A stretch of 63,523 nucleotides of DNA, the filler included, from Octopus bimaculoides (taxonomy: Eukaryota): the NCBI RefSeq assembly GCF_001194135.2. It is 5 parts of 3 records of this genome, joined end to end, with 100 filler letters (N's around TTAATTAATTAA, not from the genome) between each part and the next. Parts side by side here need not be neighbours in the genome. Positions count along the whole stretch, not along the records: positions 28,625 to 40,498 come from NC_068983.1; positions 40,599 to 55,336 come from NC_068996.1; 3 more parts are not named here. One strand, written 5' to 3'. The position numbers and the translations under genes are program-made. This document shows positions 40,201-53,781 of the stretch, one piece after another. How positions within the stretch are numbered: the stretch's first letter is position 1; each line of letters begins with the position of its first letter. Below the pieces are notes generated by a model, which worked only from the letters and a program-made list of their open reading frames with translations, was not told where the DNA came from and did no database searches.

Positions 40201-40455
40201 TATATATATACTTACATACATATTTTTATATATACATATTTAGGTGTGTGTGTATTGGTGCACGTGTTTCTGTAGGATCAAAAGCACAATTTGACAAACG
40301 GTGGTAGCTTGTTACCATCCGCAGAACATAAACGTATTCAACAAAAAGGCCGAAAGAAGTACAAAGGTTTAAATAAGAAAGATACTGTTATAGATTTCTT
40401 CGCTAACCCTTTAAGGCGTACCTCTGCAAGGTCACAGGTGACGAAGACATGTAGA

Positions 40456-40498
<43 letters not shown>

Positions 40499-40599
40499 NN
40501 NNNNNNNNNNNNNNNNNNNNNNNNNNNNNNNNNNNNNNNNNNTTAATTAATTAANNNNNNNNNNNNNNNNNNNNNNNNNNNNNNNNNNNNNNNNNNNNA

Positions 40600-41766
40600 G
40601 AGTTAACTCTAAGGCCTTGTGGAAAGAAGTAAGGAAGCATTACATATCCTTCATTGCTGACAACACCTAAAACCATGACAGCTGCAGAAAATTTTGTATG
40701 CATAACACTTGGAACTTCAGAAAGGTCTGCACATAAATTAACCTTTCCTCATCATATAAGACTTACATCTGATGTGAGGTATTTATGTTTTTTGATTTAT
40801 TATTAGTGCTGCTTAATATGTTTTGCTAAAATTGCTGTTTCTTTTCAGATATCATCAGAAAAAGGTAATTAAAATTCATTAAAATGACATATCAATTGGA
40901 CTTTCAAAGAGGTCAAATAGTTGGTGCTTGTATGGCAGGCACTGGCGTAATGAAAACAGCCAAAATGTTTGGTGTATCAAGAAGTACTGTCTCGAAAGTA
41001 ATGACAGCCTTTGAGAAAGAGTGAAAAACCTCCTTGTCAAAACAAAACTCCAGAAGAAAACCAAAACTTTCAGATAGCAACTGTCGGACTCTTACGCAAA
41101 TTGTTAGAAAGGATAACAAAAATATAGCTCACAAAATTACTGCAGAGCTTAATGACCACCTTGAGAACCTAGTTTTCACAAAAAAACTGTTCGCCGGGAG
41201 CTGCACAAAGCTGGATTTAATGGGAGGGCTGCAATCAGAAAACCACTACTTTCAAAAACAAATGTTGTGAAGTAAAAACCTACAGAATTAGTCCCTAGAG
41301 CAGTGGAAGAATGTTATTTTCTCGGATGAGTCACTCTTCACCATATTTCTGACCACCAGCAGAGTATACGTGTGGAGACAGCCAAAAGAAGCATTTGACC
41401 CTGACTGCCTTCTTCCAACTATTAAGCATAGAGGAGGATTTATGATGACATGGAGGGGGGGAGGCTATATCTTGGAAATCTACTGGCCCATTGGTTTCCC
41501 TTCATGGCAGAATTAATAGTGAAGACTATTTAAGCATTTTATCTGATCAAATTCATCCTATGGTTGCGAAACTGTTTCCAAAGGGAAATACAATCTTTCA
41601 GGATGATGATGCACCAATTCACACAGCTAAAGTTGTTACTGAATGGAACAAGGAACATTCTAGTGAAGTTGAACATTTTATCTGGCCACCACTCCCCAGA
41701 TCTCAATATTATTGAACATTTATGATGCATTTTAGAAAAACAAGTAAGGAGTCAATATCCTCCACC
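40600..41766 (+). mobile_element. Tc1-type transposon, decayed, truncated by gap
   Basis: MTYQLDFQRGQIVGACMAG...GVSRSTVSKVM (HTH), VIFSDES, IFQDDDAPIHTAK and WPPLPR(SPDLN)IIEHL fragments. Confidence 0.9.
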
Positions 41767-42351
41767 NNNNNNNNNNNNNNNNNNNNNNNNNNNNNNNNNN
41801 NNNNNNNNNNNNNNNNNNNNNNNNNNNNNNNNNNNNNNNNNNNNNNNNNNNNNNNNNNNNNNNNNNNNNNNNNNNNNNNNNNNNNNNNNNNNNNNNNNNN
41901 NNNNNNNNNNNNNNNNNNNNNNNNNNNNNNNNNNNNNNNNNNNNNNNNNNNNNNNNNNNNNNNNNNNNNNNNNNNNNNNNNNNNNNNNNNNNNNNNNNNN
42001 NNNNNNNNNNNNNNNNNNNNNNNNNNNNNNNNNNNNNNNNNNNNNNNNNNNNNNNNNNNNNNNNNNNNNNNNNNNNNNNNNNNNNNNNNNNNNNNNNNNN
42101 NNNNNNNNNNNNNNNNNNNNNNNNNNNNNNNNNNNNNNNNNNNNNNNNNNNNNNNNNNNNNNNNNNNNNNNNNNNNNNNNNNNNNNNNNNNNNNNNNNNN
42201 NNNNNNNNNNNNNNNNNNNNNNNNNNNNNNNNNNNNNNNNNNNNNNNNNNNNNNNNNNNNNNNNNNNNNNNNNNNNNNNNNNNNNNNNNNNNNNNNNNNN
42301 NNNNNNNNNNNNNNNNNNNNNNNNNNNNNNNNNNNNNNNNNNNNNNNNNNN

Positions 42352-42384
<33 letters not shown>

Positions 42385-42806
42385 ATATATACATACATAT
42401 ATATATTAAAAAGCTCATTGGCTAATCACAACACCAGCATGTGTTGTGGCAGTTTTTCTATATATTGCTGGCAGGGAGATGAGTCACGGCTATATCTAGC
42501 AGTCGAGTGTCTATCATTGATAAGACCAAGGAAGGTTGAAATAGCATGATCTGGTTGTCTCAACACTGGAGGTAGCGGGAATTTATCTCCTCAATAGCCT
42601 TATAAGCAAGCGTACATTTTGCACCAAAAGATCACTATGAGAGTTTCTCTCGTGATATCTACTGCAGTATAGTCTATTCTAATAGAACATCCACATTTAA
42701 GTGGGCATAAACATTACCTCTCAGTCTTATTACTGCCTCTGTCGCTAATATACATGTATATTATTGTTATTCAAATTTTATGAGTTAAAATATTTTTCTC
42801 TTATAG

Positions 42807-42910
42807 GTTGATGTACAGAACTGCACAGTTCCTTCACTTGGTGTTAAAAAACAAAATTCACCACCACCATCATCATTTAAGCAAGAAGAATATGAAGAGC
42901 AAACACAAAG
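42807..42910 (+). CDS. Putative exon B (phase 0 to 2)
   Basis: Acceptor TTTTTCTCTTATAG and donor AAG|GTAAGA. Frame VDVQNCTVPSLGVKKQNSPPPSSFKQEEYEEQTQ is in phase with exon A. Confidence 0.7.
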
Positions 42911-43409
42911 GTAAGAATTCTTTTTCATATGTTAATATGTGGGGCTTTAATTTTGATGATCTTCAATCACATTGAAATGAAACTCTCTCTAGTAAGATTT
43001 TTTTTTTTAATAAAACTTCCTTTTTAACTTAGAAAATATCAATTATTAAATTGTTTATTACAATTAAGTAAAGATACTGTAAAATATTGTATGCACAAGC
43101 ATGACTGTATGGTAAGACGTTTGCTTCTCAACCACATGGTTCCATGTTCAATCCCACTGCATGGCACCTTGCTTCTCAACCACATGGTTCCACCTTCAAT
43201 CCCACTGCATAACACAATGCATGGCTGATATTTTTCATGAAAGCAAACCAAAACCTTCAAGCTTAATTTATATGTGAGCCCTATCCTGTGACTGAGTTTC
43301 AATTTCATTTCTTTTAAATTGATAATCTTCTTCAAAGAACCAACACAATTACCTTTTCGTAAATAAATCTGTGGTTTTTATGTCAACAAGAAATTGTCTA
43401 CAATTTCAG

Positions 43410-43575
43410 TAACAAGTCCTTTAGTCACATCCTTCCCGTGAACGAGGAGAGGGAGAAAAATGTCAGAAACAAAACCAATGTTAAAGAAAAACAGTCCTCT
43501 CCCAGGACCCCAGAGTATTTACGGACAAAGCTCGTCATAGAAGAGTATAAAGACATCTGTGAAAACCAAAGTAAG
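43410..43575 (+). CDS. Putative exon C (phase 2 to 0)
   Basis: Acceptor ATTTCAG and donor AAG|GTTAGT (alternative GTAAGG donor 5 nt earlier). Frame (S)NKSFSHILPVNEEREKNVRNK...IEEYKDICENQSK. Confidence 0.65.
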
Positions 43576-45559
43576 GTTAGTCACACTCTTAAGTTTTTTT
43601 TTTTTTTTACCAAAGGACTATAGTAGAAAATGCTGCTGTTGATATTGCCTCTGCTGCTGCTGTTGTTGCAGCTTTGGTTGTTCCTTTTTGCCCATCTTAA
43701 AGTGTTTCCTTATATTGTCTAATTAAATGTATCCTTCTCAAAGTCTTCTTTCTCTCTATAGCAAGTTAATTCTTTTTTTTTTGGCCTTTTTTAATCAAAA
43801 GATATGGTAACAGATGTTGGTAGGTGGAAAGAAAGATGAAAACTCGGAATGTTGGGAAAACATCAACTTCAACAGAGGTGGAGAACGGCTTTGTAATAAA
43901 AAATGTCTACCTCTGTGGGTGTGGGTGGGTGCGGTAGTAGTAGCAGTTCTGTTTCAGTTGTGAGATTAATACTCCAATGTGGGTCTCACCTGAACTCTGT
44001 AAACTAACAATAGTTGTTGGAGGTGAAAGGCCAGACTTTGTGATGCAATCCTAGCTATGTTTAGGATGTGATCCTAATTGATAATGTGACTAGTGTGTGA
44101 TGTCTACCTGAGTGTCTTTCATAATTAAGGTGAGGGTATAGTGTAATGATGTTTCATTGATACAACTGGCATTTGTGTCTATTGTTGAAAGAAACAAGAC
44201 TGGCACATCCTCATTGGGAGGATGCTTTTACTGGTCTCTGTCCACAGAGTCACTGTGAGTTTGGCCTGTGGTGTCTATGATGTAAGTGGACCATGCGTAA
44301 TTGGAGAATGTTAGGAAAAAATGAAGGTTAACAACATCTACATAATGGTTGGGTGTTGTTGATGCATAGAGTGGGAAGTAAATCATTGATGTAGAGAAGG
44401 AAGAGACTTGGGAAAGGAAACCAAAACTTAAGACATACCAGAAGTGATTAGAATCAGAAGACTATCTACCACAGTAAAAAAATGGTGTCCTAAAAGCATA
44501 TAGCCCTTTCTGCCCCATCAGGCATTCGTCACATCTCATTCTCATAACACCAGCTCAACCATCACCACCACCACTCATCTAACTATGGCACTGCTCAGCA
44601 GCTGTAATCACTTCAGAGTGCACTTCCTTTGCACTGCAAGCTACCTTCTCTCCCCAACCCCATTCTCGAAACTTCTATCCCTTGTTCTCATTATGCATAC
44701 TTCCTTTCCCACTGCTCTGTCTTATCACCTCACATATCTGCTATCATTCTCAGCACCTCCTCATATCTACCATCATACCACATTCACTAAACATCCCCTT
44801 ATTTATCCTCACATCTTCCCTTTCATCATCATCACACCTTGCACATCACCCCTCCACCCTTGCATTATGATTTCTCCTTCTTCCTGAGCCACTACTATCT
44901 CTCTCACCTTATCACCTTCTCCACACTCATATTTCCCATCAACCATACTTCCATCCTTGCGTATCATTCAATACATTCAATTCACCTCTAACAATCTGTT
45001 ACACTCTCTTCACATTTGAATGAGACTACCCATCCCTGCCTTATCCTATCCCCTGATAATATCCTTTCTTATACTCACCAGCCTTCTGTGTTTGCTTTGG
45101 CACACTGTTACTACTATCTTTCTCCTTTATAATCACCTTCTCAATTACTACTTATAATGTAAGTAAGCCATATATTTCTTCTATGTAACAAGACACCTGT
45201 TCTTGATTGCTATAAATGCTTTAGCTTTTCAGAACCTGGCATAAGACCGCATCCCACTTCCTAGTACTATCCTCCCCACACACGCACTTAGTCATGGGGA
45301 CTTTTCTGTTCCTTGTTCTTTTCTATCTTTGCAACTTACTTACTTGGTGACATCACTAGTGCTGGTGGCATGAAAAAAAGCATCCAGTACATACTGTAAG
45401 GTGGTATGCGTTAGGAAGGGCATCCAGCCATAGAAAACATGCCAGTATTGATACTGGAGCTTGGTACAGCTGTGTGGCTTGCTGGACCCTGTCAAACTGT
45501 CCAACCCTTGCCCACATGAAAAATGATTTTCAATAGGCACAAGCATGGCTTTCCCAACC

Positions 45560-45965
45560 AGAAATTGGGGCTGGTAAGTTGTAGAAATTCTCTGACAAGC
45601 ACTTTTAACTCTTTCTGGAGGTATGGCAAGGAGCTGAATCTTGCTGCTTCACATATGGCCTTCCAGCAGCAACTCTCTCCTGCAAAGGTTTAACCACAGT
45701 CTCCTGCAGTTTCACAGAGCTATGTGAATTGAGCCTGTTGTTGGAGGAATTCTAGTGTGCAAACACAGTCAGAATGCCTGTGGTGTCTGTTCCTGCTGGC
45801 CATGACTTCATCGTGTCTGTTATAGTTGTCCATACCGTGCTTTACAGTTTTCACAGAGCAATGAGCAGCAGTCATGATGTCAGCATTTTGACACCCAGTG
45901 TGAATCATCACAATACAGGTAACTCTTTTCCAATATTCAGATGGCTTCCAGTCCTCCATGTCAGC
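45560..45965 (-). mobile_element. Tc1/mariner (maT/DD37D-like) transposase N-terminal remnant
   Basis: MEDWKPSEYWKRVTCIVMIHTG...RHHRHSDCVCTLEFL resembles the HTH-linker 'RSDxxRTPEF' region. Confidence 0.5.
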
Positions 45966-46709
45966 TAACTTTATCTCAGCTACAGCTTAAATCTTTATGC
46001 TCTCCAATAATATTGACTGTACACCAATACATCAAGTTCCAAAAAATAAGACATAAAAAAATCATCAAATTTAGTCCAAATACCTTTTCCACTCTCTCTC
46101 TTCCTACCCTTATGATACCTTCTAATCTTTCTCTCTTTTTCTTTCTCTGTGTTTTCAATGCATTCCTTCACTACTCCTCCACTTCTGCCTCATCTCTCAC
46201 CATCCTCTTCCCACAACTCCTCCACCCCCAACACCCTCTCATCTCTACATCTTTGGCTTACCCTAATGACCCTGCCTCTATATCTCTTTATTTTTTTGTT
46301 GTTGTTGTCAGTGATTCTCTCCAGATCCTCATTATGCCAGTCTTATCTCATGTCCTTTCTCTGTCACCACTTCTGTCCATGCTCACTCATATAACGTGTG
46401 ACAGTCCTGTCCCTTCTAAACAACCCATCTTATCACCCTGATTACTCTGTCCTTCCCTTTCTCACTAACCCCTGATACAAATCCCTGCCTTTCTCCTGTT
46501 CCATCGAACCACCCTCCCTCAATTGTGTCTGCTCTGATACTCTGTTCACTCCCACCCTCTCTCAACTTTCAGTCAATTCCTCTTTTCATAGTGTACCCTC
46601 TCTCATCACCTCACATACAATCATTTCACACACTCTCTCTCTCTGCTGTTCCCCGTCAGTTATAGGGACCCTTTTTGGCCCTTAGTCTTACCATTTACAA
46701 AGCAACCTC

Positions 46710-48130
46710 AGTGGTGCTAGTGTTGTGAAAAAGCACCCAGTTCACTCTGCAGAATGGTTGGCTGTAGGAAGGGCATCCAGCTATAGAAAATCAAGCCAAC
46801 ACAGACATTAGAGCATAGTCCTCCAGCTCATCAGATCCTGATGAGTTCACCTGTCCAACTTATGCCAGTTTGGAAAATGGATGTTAAATGATGATGATGA
46901 TGATATATACAGGATGCAGCAAACAACTTTTCATTCATCAACTTTGATAAATATTTTGAGGACCCGTCAAACCAAGTGAAATCATAGTTGTGACTGTTCT
47001 TGATGCCATGTAACTGGCACCTGTGCCAGTGGCATATAAAAAGCATCTTTCGAGCATTGAGCCTCACAGAGGCAACGTGGCCAATGCAGGTGTTGTGGAA
47101 CTAGCAACTGTGTTGGTGGCACGTAGAAAACACCTTTCAAGCACTGGGCCTCACAGAGGCAATGACAAATGACAAGACCCCTTGGCAATATGCTATGCTT
47201 GAGAAGGAAAGTCCATCAAGCTGAGCGAAATTATAGTTGTGGTAGATATTGGTGACATGCAACTGGCACATAAAAATAGCTATTACACTCTCAGAGTATA
47301 ATAGGTGTTTTTATTACACTCTCAGAGTGTAATAGGTGTGTAATAGGCATTAGGAAGGACATCCAGCTGTAGAAACCATGCCAAATCAGACTGCAATCTG
47401 GTGCAGCCCCTCAGCTTACCAGCCCTAGTCAAACTGTCCAACCCATGCCAGCATGGACAATGGATGTTGAATGATGATGATGATGATGATTTCAACAACA
47501 AACACATGATGTGCACTAGTCCTAACCATGATGGTAACAGGAAAAAAAACCTGTAAAACATTAGCTACATGATGAGGCCATTACTCTCTGCCTAACTTCA
47601 CTTGTACCTCACCAATGGCAATATAAAGCACGGGAGGTCTTTTTCAGTCGCAGAGAGAGAGAGAGAGTGATGTGTGCATGAATATTTACATTGCATAAGC
47701 ACTCTTCAAACATTGGACGATATGCTGTGCTGAAGGACCTGTCAAGCTAAGTGAAATTGTAGTCATGGCCAATGCAAGTGCCATCTGACTGACACCCGTG
47801 CTGGTGGCACATAAAAAGCAGCATTCGAACTTTGGACCTCACGAAGGCAATGACAGGTGACCGAGACCTTTGCCAATATACTGTGCTTGTGTAGACCTGT
47901 CAAGCCAAGTGAGTTTGTAGTCATGGCCAATGCCAGTGTCATGACAGTGGCACATAAAAAGCACCCATTATACTCTTGGAGTGGTTGGTATTAGGAAGGG
48001 CATCCAGTCACAGAATCCTTGCCAAATCGGATTGGAACCTGGTGCAGCCCACTTGCTTACCAGTTTGCAGTCAAACAGTCCAACCTATGCCAGCATGGAA
48101 AGCGGACATTAAACAATGATGATGATGATG
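46710..48130 (+). mobile_element. Head-to-tail cluster of three family D elements
   Basis: Three GGAAGG(G/A)CATCCAG...(GAT)n ends at about 46905, 47490 and 48130, with multiple GGCACATAAAAAGC sub-repeats. Confidence 0.75.
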
Positions 48131-48535
48131 GTGTCATTGCATTTACATTCATTGTTAACAATAAGTTCTGTATCTTTACACGTTCAAAGTCCAGTGAAAT
48201 AAAAACAAAAAAACAAAACAAAAAAATTTCTGTACTTGAAAAATAGATAAGAGCTGAGAATAAGGCATCCAGCCAAAAAATACTATGTCAATGAATGTTT
48301 GTTTAACTCTTTAGCATTTATACTAGCCACATTTGATGCAAATATTCTCCTTGTTTTATGCTCAAACCAGCCAAATTTGGCTTCTCACACCTACCCTACA
48401 ATATATCATTTTTAAAAATAAACAATTACATCATCAAAATCTCAAAGCTACAAGATAATGCAGCATTAATTCAAAACAGTGTAAATGAATAAGTCTTACA
48501 TCTGACAGAAAAATTTGAATGCTAAACAGTTAACT

Positions 48536-48811
48536 TGGTAGTTCTCAACCCTGACCACATGGCCCCCACAGGTCCATATAAGATTTTGTTGCTGAAGTTC
48601 ATGTGCAATAAATTGGTTTTACTTGTACAATATACAAAATATTTTAACAATTTTTTTTAAAAGAAATTTCTATTAATAGTTAATTATAAAAATATAAAAG
48701 GGTTTTTTCAAGCATCAAATGGCTTTGATGGTCCACCCTAATAAAATAGGTGTCAAAGGGGTCCATAAGTGAAAAAAAAAAGAAAAAAAAAGGTGGGGTT
48801 GAGAACCACTG
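48536..48811. mobile_element. hAT MITE, same family as 9807-10083, opposite orientation
   Basis: Ends TGGTAGTTCTCAACC / GGTTGAGAACCACTG. Flanks AGTTAACT / GTTTAACT. Internal GGTCCATATAAGATTTT is the reverse complement of the interior of the 9807 copy. Confidence 0.75.
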
Positions 48812-49107
48812 GTTTAACTCATGCTTGCATCAAAAAATGAATATAAAACAAACAACTCTTAATAAACATTCTAAAAAGATTTCTTGCATATACAGAACCT
48901 CTAAAACATACAAACAATTTCAACCAATTAATTGCCCCTAATTTCATTTACCTACTTATTTAACCCTCTTGCGACACCGTAGCCAATTGATTGGCCCAAA
49001 TGATACAAGCTGAAAGGACTTTGAGGCAGATTCATTGGCCCAATGGAACAAATGTTTTAAAGTGTAATAACCAGTCAGGGATCGTCTTTCAGTCCATGTT
49101 ATTTAAA

Positions 49108-49164
<57 letters not shown>

Positions 49165-49663
49165 GTTTTACATATTTATGAAATAGTTTTAGGTACTTTA
49201 TCCATTGTTTTCGACATGCACCCATCAATTTCAGTCTCAACAGAAAAAAACTTTGGTCTTTCTGGCTACACATACCAAAACAGTGTAATAAGATTCCAAC
49301 TATAGATCCACTTTCTTAATTATTACCTAGTCATTATGTCATCTAAATTCTTAGTTTTCAATTTACTGTTTAAAATCTATCCTTTTATTTGCTTATTATT
49401 TGACATGTCTTTCTTTCCCCCCCCCCTTAACAATGACATTAATGTAATACATTGTTTAACATCCTTAGACTGATCTATTAAATCTTAGATTATTTATTAT
49501 TAAATGCATATTCTAAACAGCATGGGATGATTTAAATATTGTTACAGGGGCACAAGCACACACACACATATACATAATGGGCTTCTTTCAATTTACATCT
49601 ACCAAATCTACTCACAAGGTTTTGGTCATGCAATGTGAAATATTCATGCACACACGTCACACA

Positions 49664-49694
<31 letters not shown>

Positions 49695-50464
49695 GGACCT
49701 GTGTTGTTTTGTTTTTTTGGGGTTTTTTTTTTTATTATCTCAATTCACAAATCATCATCATCATCATCATGTCCACTTTTCCATGTTTGCATGTGTCAGA
49801 TGAAGTTTATCAAGACAGATTTTTCTATGGCCTGATGCCCTACATTCTGCAAATACTTCTGTTAATTTGTGAACTTTTAAGCTGACGGCATAGATTGGAT
49901 TGTTAATTTACTCCACAACAAAAGTAAATTGAAAAAGATTCAAGATATTACTACCTAATTAAACATTACACTGAATTAAACTAGTTACAGTGCTAGATAG
50001 ATGCACTGACAGGCATTCCTTATTTCACCTGCATTCCAGAGAATTCACCTTAGCACATGTCTTTGGAATTGTAAAACTAAGCAAACAACCCCCACCCCAC
50101 CCCCATTCTTTCTCTATCCCATAAAAGGTTAATTATCACATCAACACAAGATCATTAATCAATTAGATAACATTATTGGAAAAAAGTACATATTGGGGAG
50201 CTGTATGACCATCCAAAGACTTCCAAGAGATCATCATCTTGGCTGTCGCTACTACCACTATCATCATCATCATCATCACCACCACCATCACCATCATGAC
50301 CATCATCATAATTTTTTTTTTGATGCCCATTTTCCTTGTTTGCATGGGTCAAACAGAATTCATTGAAACAGATTTCCTATGCATGCATAAGTATAGGAAA
50401 GTTTGTTTACTAATATTTGTGTAACAGAAACAAAAAGAAAAAAAGGTAAATAAATAATATAGAT

Positions 50465-50765
50465 GCAGATATGGCTGTGTGGTAAGAAGCTTGCTTCCTA
50501 ATGCATGGCACCTTGGGCAGGTGGGCCTCCCAAAGCCTTGTGAGTGGATTTAGTAGATGGAAACTGAAAGAAGTCCATTGTGTGTGTGTGTCTGTGTGTG
50601 ATTAGGCCCCCATAACTTAGCAGCTTGGCATAAGGGACTGATAGAAGTATCATGGCTTACAAAAAATTAATAAGTACAGGAGTTGATTTGTTCGACTAAA
50701 ATTCTTCAAAGTGATACCCCAGCTTGACTACAATCTAAAGACTGGAACAGATAAAAGATAAAAGA
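50465..50765 (+). mobile_element. SINE family A copy (CpG-decayed)
   Basis: GGCTGTGTGGTAAGAAGCTTGCTT...GGCACCTTGGGCAGG...GGAAACTGAAAGAAGTCC. Confidence 0.75.
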
Positions 50766-52408
50766 TGATAGATAATATATATAAGGAGAGCATGCAGCCA
50801 AAGGAAATCTACCCTGATGAGTTTTGTCTGATCCGTACATGCATGGAAAATTGGGTGTTAAATCAATGATGATGATATTGATGATAGTGGTAGGTGATGG
50901 TGGGGATAATGAAACTACTCATATTAGCAGCTAACATTAAAAGCCTGATTGTGATGGTGGTGATGATGATGATGATGAAGAAGGAGAAGAAGAAGAAGAA
51001 GAAGCAGCAGCAGCTAAAAATAAAACTACTGATACTACCACAAGCTATCATTAAAAGCCTATTCTTCTTGTGCAACAGAACTGGTTGGTGAGCATAATTC
51101 TTACCCACAGAACCATTCCTGTACCTCCAAATACAGTAATCAAATGATATTTTCAGTGATTTACTTAACTGAAAAACTAAAAATCTATACACAATGACAT
51201 CCTTTTTTTTTTTTTTCCCCTTGGTATTATATATGTGAAAAGAAAATTTTTTATTTAGTATTTTAAATCAAAGAAACAAAGCAAAAAAAAAAAAATAAAG
51301 CATTTATTTTAAGTTTTCCTGGGAAAAATTTCATCATCATCATACAACTTCTTTCCATTCTGGCATGGGTTACACAGTTCGGCATCATCTATCACATTGG
51401 ATGACCGCATTGGTCTCCAGTGTCTCAGGTTTGGCATGATTTCTACAGTTGTATGCCCTCCTTAATGTCAGCCACTTCACAGAATTGTAGCAGGTGTATT
51501 TTATCATGGCACTAACTCTAGCAGTCACATTATACCTTGCAAAACTAAATAACCTGCCACACTGATAGAAGAAATGAGCGAGTGAGAAGGCTGATGATTT
51601 TAGGTGATGTGATGAAAGGGTGAATGAAGTATGATGTATGGAATAAGGTCCATGCAAAACTTTCCTCTGTGACAAAACCCACCTCTGGACTATGTGAATA
51701 CATGGAAGACCATTGAAGAATTTCTGAATGGTGTAGGGCACAGCATCAAGCTGTTAGTGGAATGAACTTTAAATGAACTTCAACACTTAATGAGGCTTTC
51801 AATAGTGTTTGTCTTAATTTTTCAAAGATATGGTATGATGTTCTTTCTATTATGCTCATTTTTGTGATTGGGACTTTTATGTAATTAATGTCGTATTTTA
51901 CATTCCAGAGAAGTGTTCATAAACTACAAATAATAGAATTAAAATTATGATTCAAATTTTTTTCTTTTTTGGGGGGGGGGGNNNNNNNNNNNNNNNNNNN
52001 NNNNNNNNNNNNNNNNNNNNNNNNNNNNNNNNNNNNNNNTAGTGGGGTTTTGTGCTCCAGGCTTTTTTCCTTGTTTTCTTTTTCTAGTTTTTTTTTTTTC
52101 TCTTACACTTAAGGGGAATAGATTTATTGTTTCAAGGCCAAAGGTTGTGGGGAAGAGCACCCCCTCCCCCCGTGTAGTTGTTGCTTGGGGGTGGGGGTGC
52201 TTTACTGTGGTTCCAGCATGAGTAAGGCTGACTTATCATTGGTAAGACTAAAGAACTGTCACAACTGAAAGAAGCATTTGAGGAAGGTAGAGTGGGGTTC
52301 GAGTATGATGAAAAGGGTTGATTTTGTGTTAAGGGTGTTGGAGGTGGGGAGAGTAACAGTAGTTATTGTATTGATAAGGGAGTATTGAAGGAGTGTCAGG
52401 GGTTTGCT

Positions 52409-52440
<32 letters not shown>

Positions 52441-53154
52441 TGGTGCAAGATAGAATAGAAGGGTTGTGGAGTGGGCTGTGTAAGAGAATCCAGCACTATC
52501 CCATCTTAAAGGTGGTAAATATGGGTGAAAAGTGAGGGGAATGGTCAGTGAGATAGAGAAAAAGATGAGAGCAATGAGAATCCAAACTGGGTGCAGAGAG
52601 AGAGAGACTAGGTTAAGAAGAGTGGTTGTTTTGTGGGTGGAGTAGTGTAGAGGGTTCAGATAGCAGGGATGTAGTGAGGAGAGAATGGTAAGAGAGAGGC
52701 AATGGAATAGGGATCAGTGAGTGATTACAAGGAGAGCAGCAATGTGTGTGTGTGTGTGTGTGTTGGGGTGTACAAGCGGAAGACTTTTTTATTGTTTTGT
52801 ACCCTAGATAAAGAAATTGTGTAAATTGAATAAAGTTAATTTCCAGATATACATTAATTTCTTGCATTTTTATATATAGGTTAAAGTGACCCATTTTATT
52901 TTTGCAAAATTTTCTCTTTGCTTTTTTTCTTTTTGAGTTTCAAAAATGAGTCTAATACTCTAACCTTGAAGCCATACACTAAAATAATAATAATAATAAT
53001 AATAATAAAGTATTAGTGTATGCTATCTGTGTGGTGCCCAACCATAAGTCTTTTAGTTCTTTCCATTCAGACGTAACACCTAACAGTATAAGAAAACGAG
53101 TTACATTTTGTTTATTCTCTGAAATAATAACTTTTATTTTAATTTTGATGTCAG

Positions 53155-53303
53155 GTACTGAAAAAGAAGAAGACTTCAGAATTTCACATGAATGATAAAT
53201 ATATAAATCTGGTAGTGAATGAAAATCTTGAGAATCTCAGGAAGAAAGAAGAAGATTCTAAAGTTAGTCAATGGGAAAAGTTATATGATCTATTCAAACA
53301 AAG
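53155..53303 (+). CDS. Putative exon D (phase 0 to 2)
   Basis: Acceptor TTTTGATGTCAG and donor AAG|GTACAG. Frame VLKKKKTSEFHMNDKYINLVVNENLENLRKKEEDSKVSQWEKLYDLFKQ is in phase with exon C. Confidence 0.65.
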
Positions 53304-53340
53304 GTACAGTCATTTTATTTTATAACAGATTTTATTTATT

Positions 53341-53678
53341 TATCTTTTACCTGTTTCAGTCTTTAGACTGTGGCCATGCTGGGGCACTGTCTTGGTGAAT
53401 TTTTAGTTGAATGAATCAACCCCAGTACTTATTACTCTAAGTCTAGTACTTATTCTGTTGGTTTCTTTTTGCTGAACTGCTAAATTACATGTATGTAATC
53501 ACTCCAGCACCAGTTGTCAAGCGGTAGCTAGCGACACACACACACAGAGAATATATAAGATGGGCTTCTTTCATTTTCCATCAACCAAATTCACTCACAA
53601 GGCTTTGGTTGGCCCAAGGCTATAGTAGAAGACACTTGCCCAAAGTGCCATGCAGTGAGACTGAACCCAGAACCATGG
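53341..53678 (-). mobile_element. SINE family A copy
   Basis: TCTTTTACCTGTTTCAGTC...GGCTATAGTAGAAGACACTTGCCCAAAGTGCC...GAACCATGG. Confidence 0.85.
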
Positions 53679-53781
53679 AAGACTGCAAAAGAACAACATC
53701 ACTTGCATGATGTTGAAGCTCATTTGCACCCATCAATCACATGATTGCAAGACAAGATTACCAACACATTCATGTACATAT

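Noticed and set aside
43124-43210. About 40-bp direct repeat GCTTCTCAACCACATGGTTCC...CAATCCCACTGCAT between exons B and C
   Set aside because: It is a local tandem duplication of a family A SINE head, with no further significance evident.
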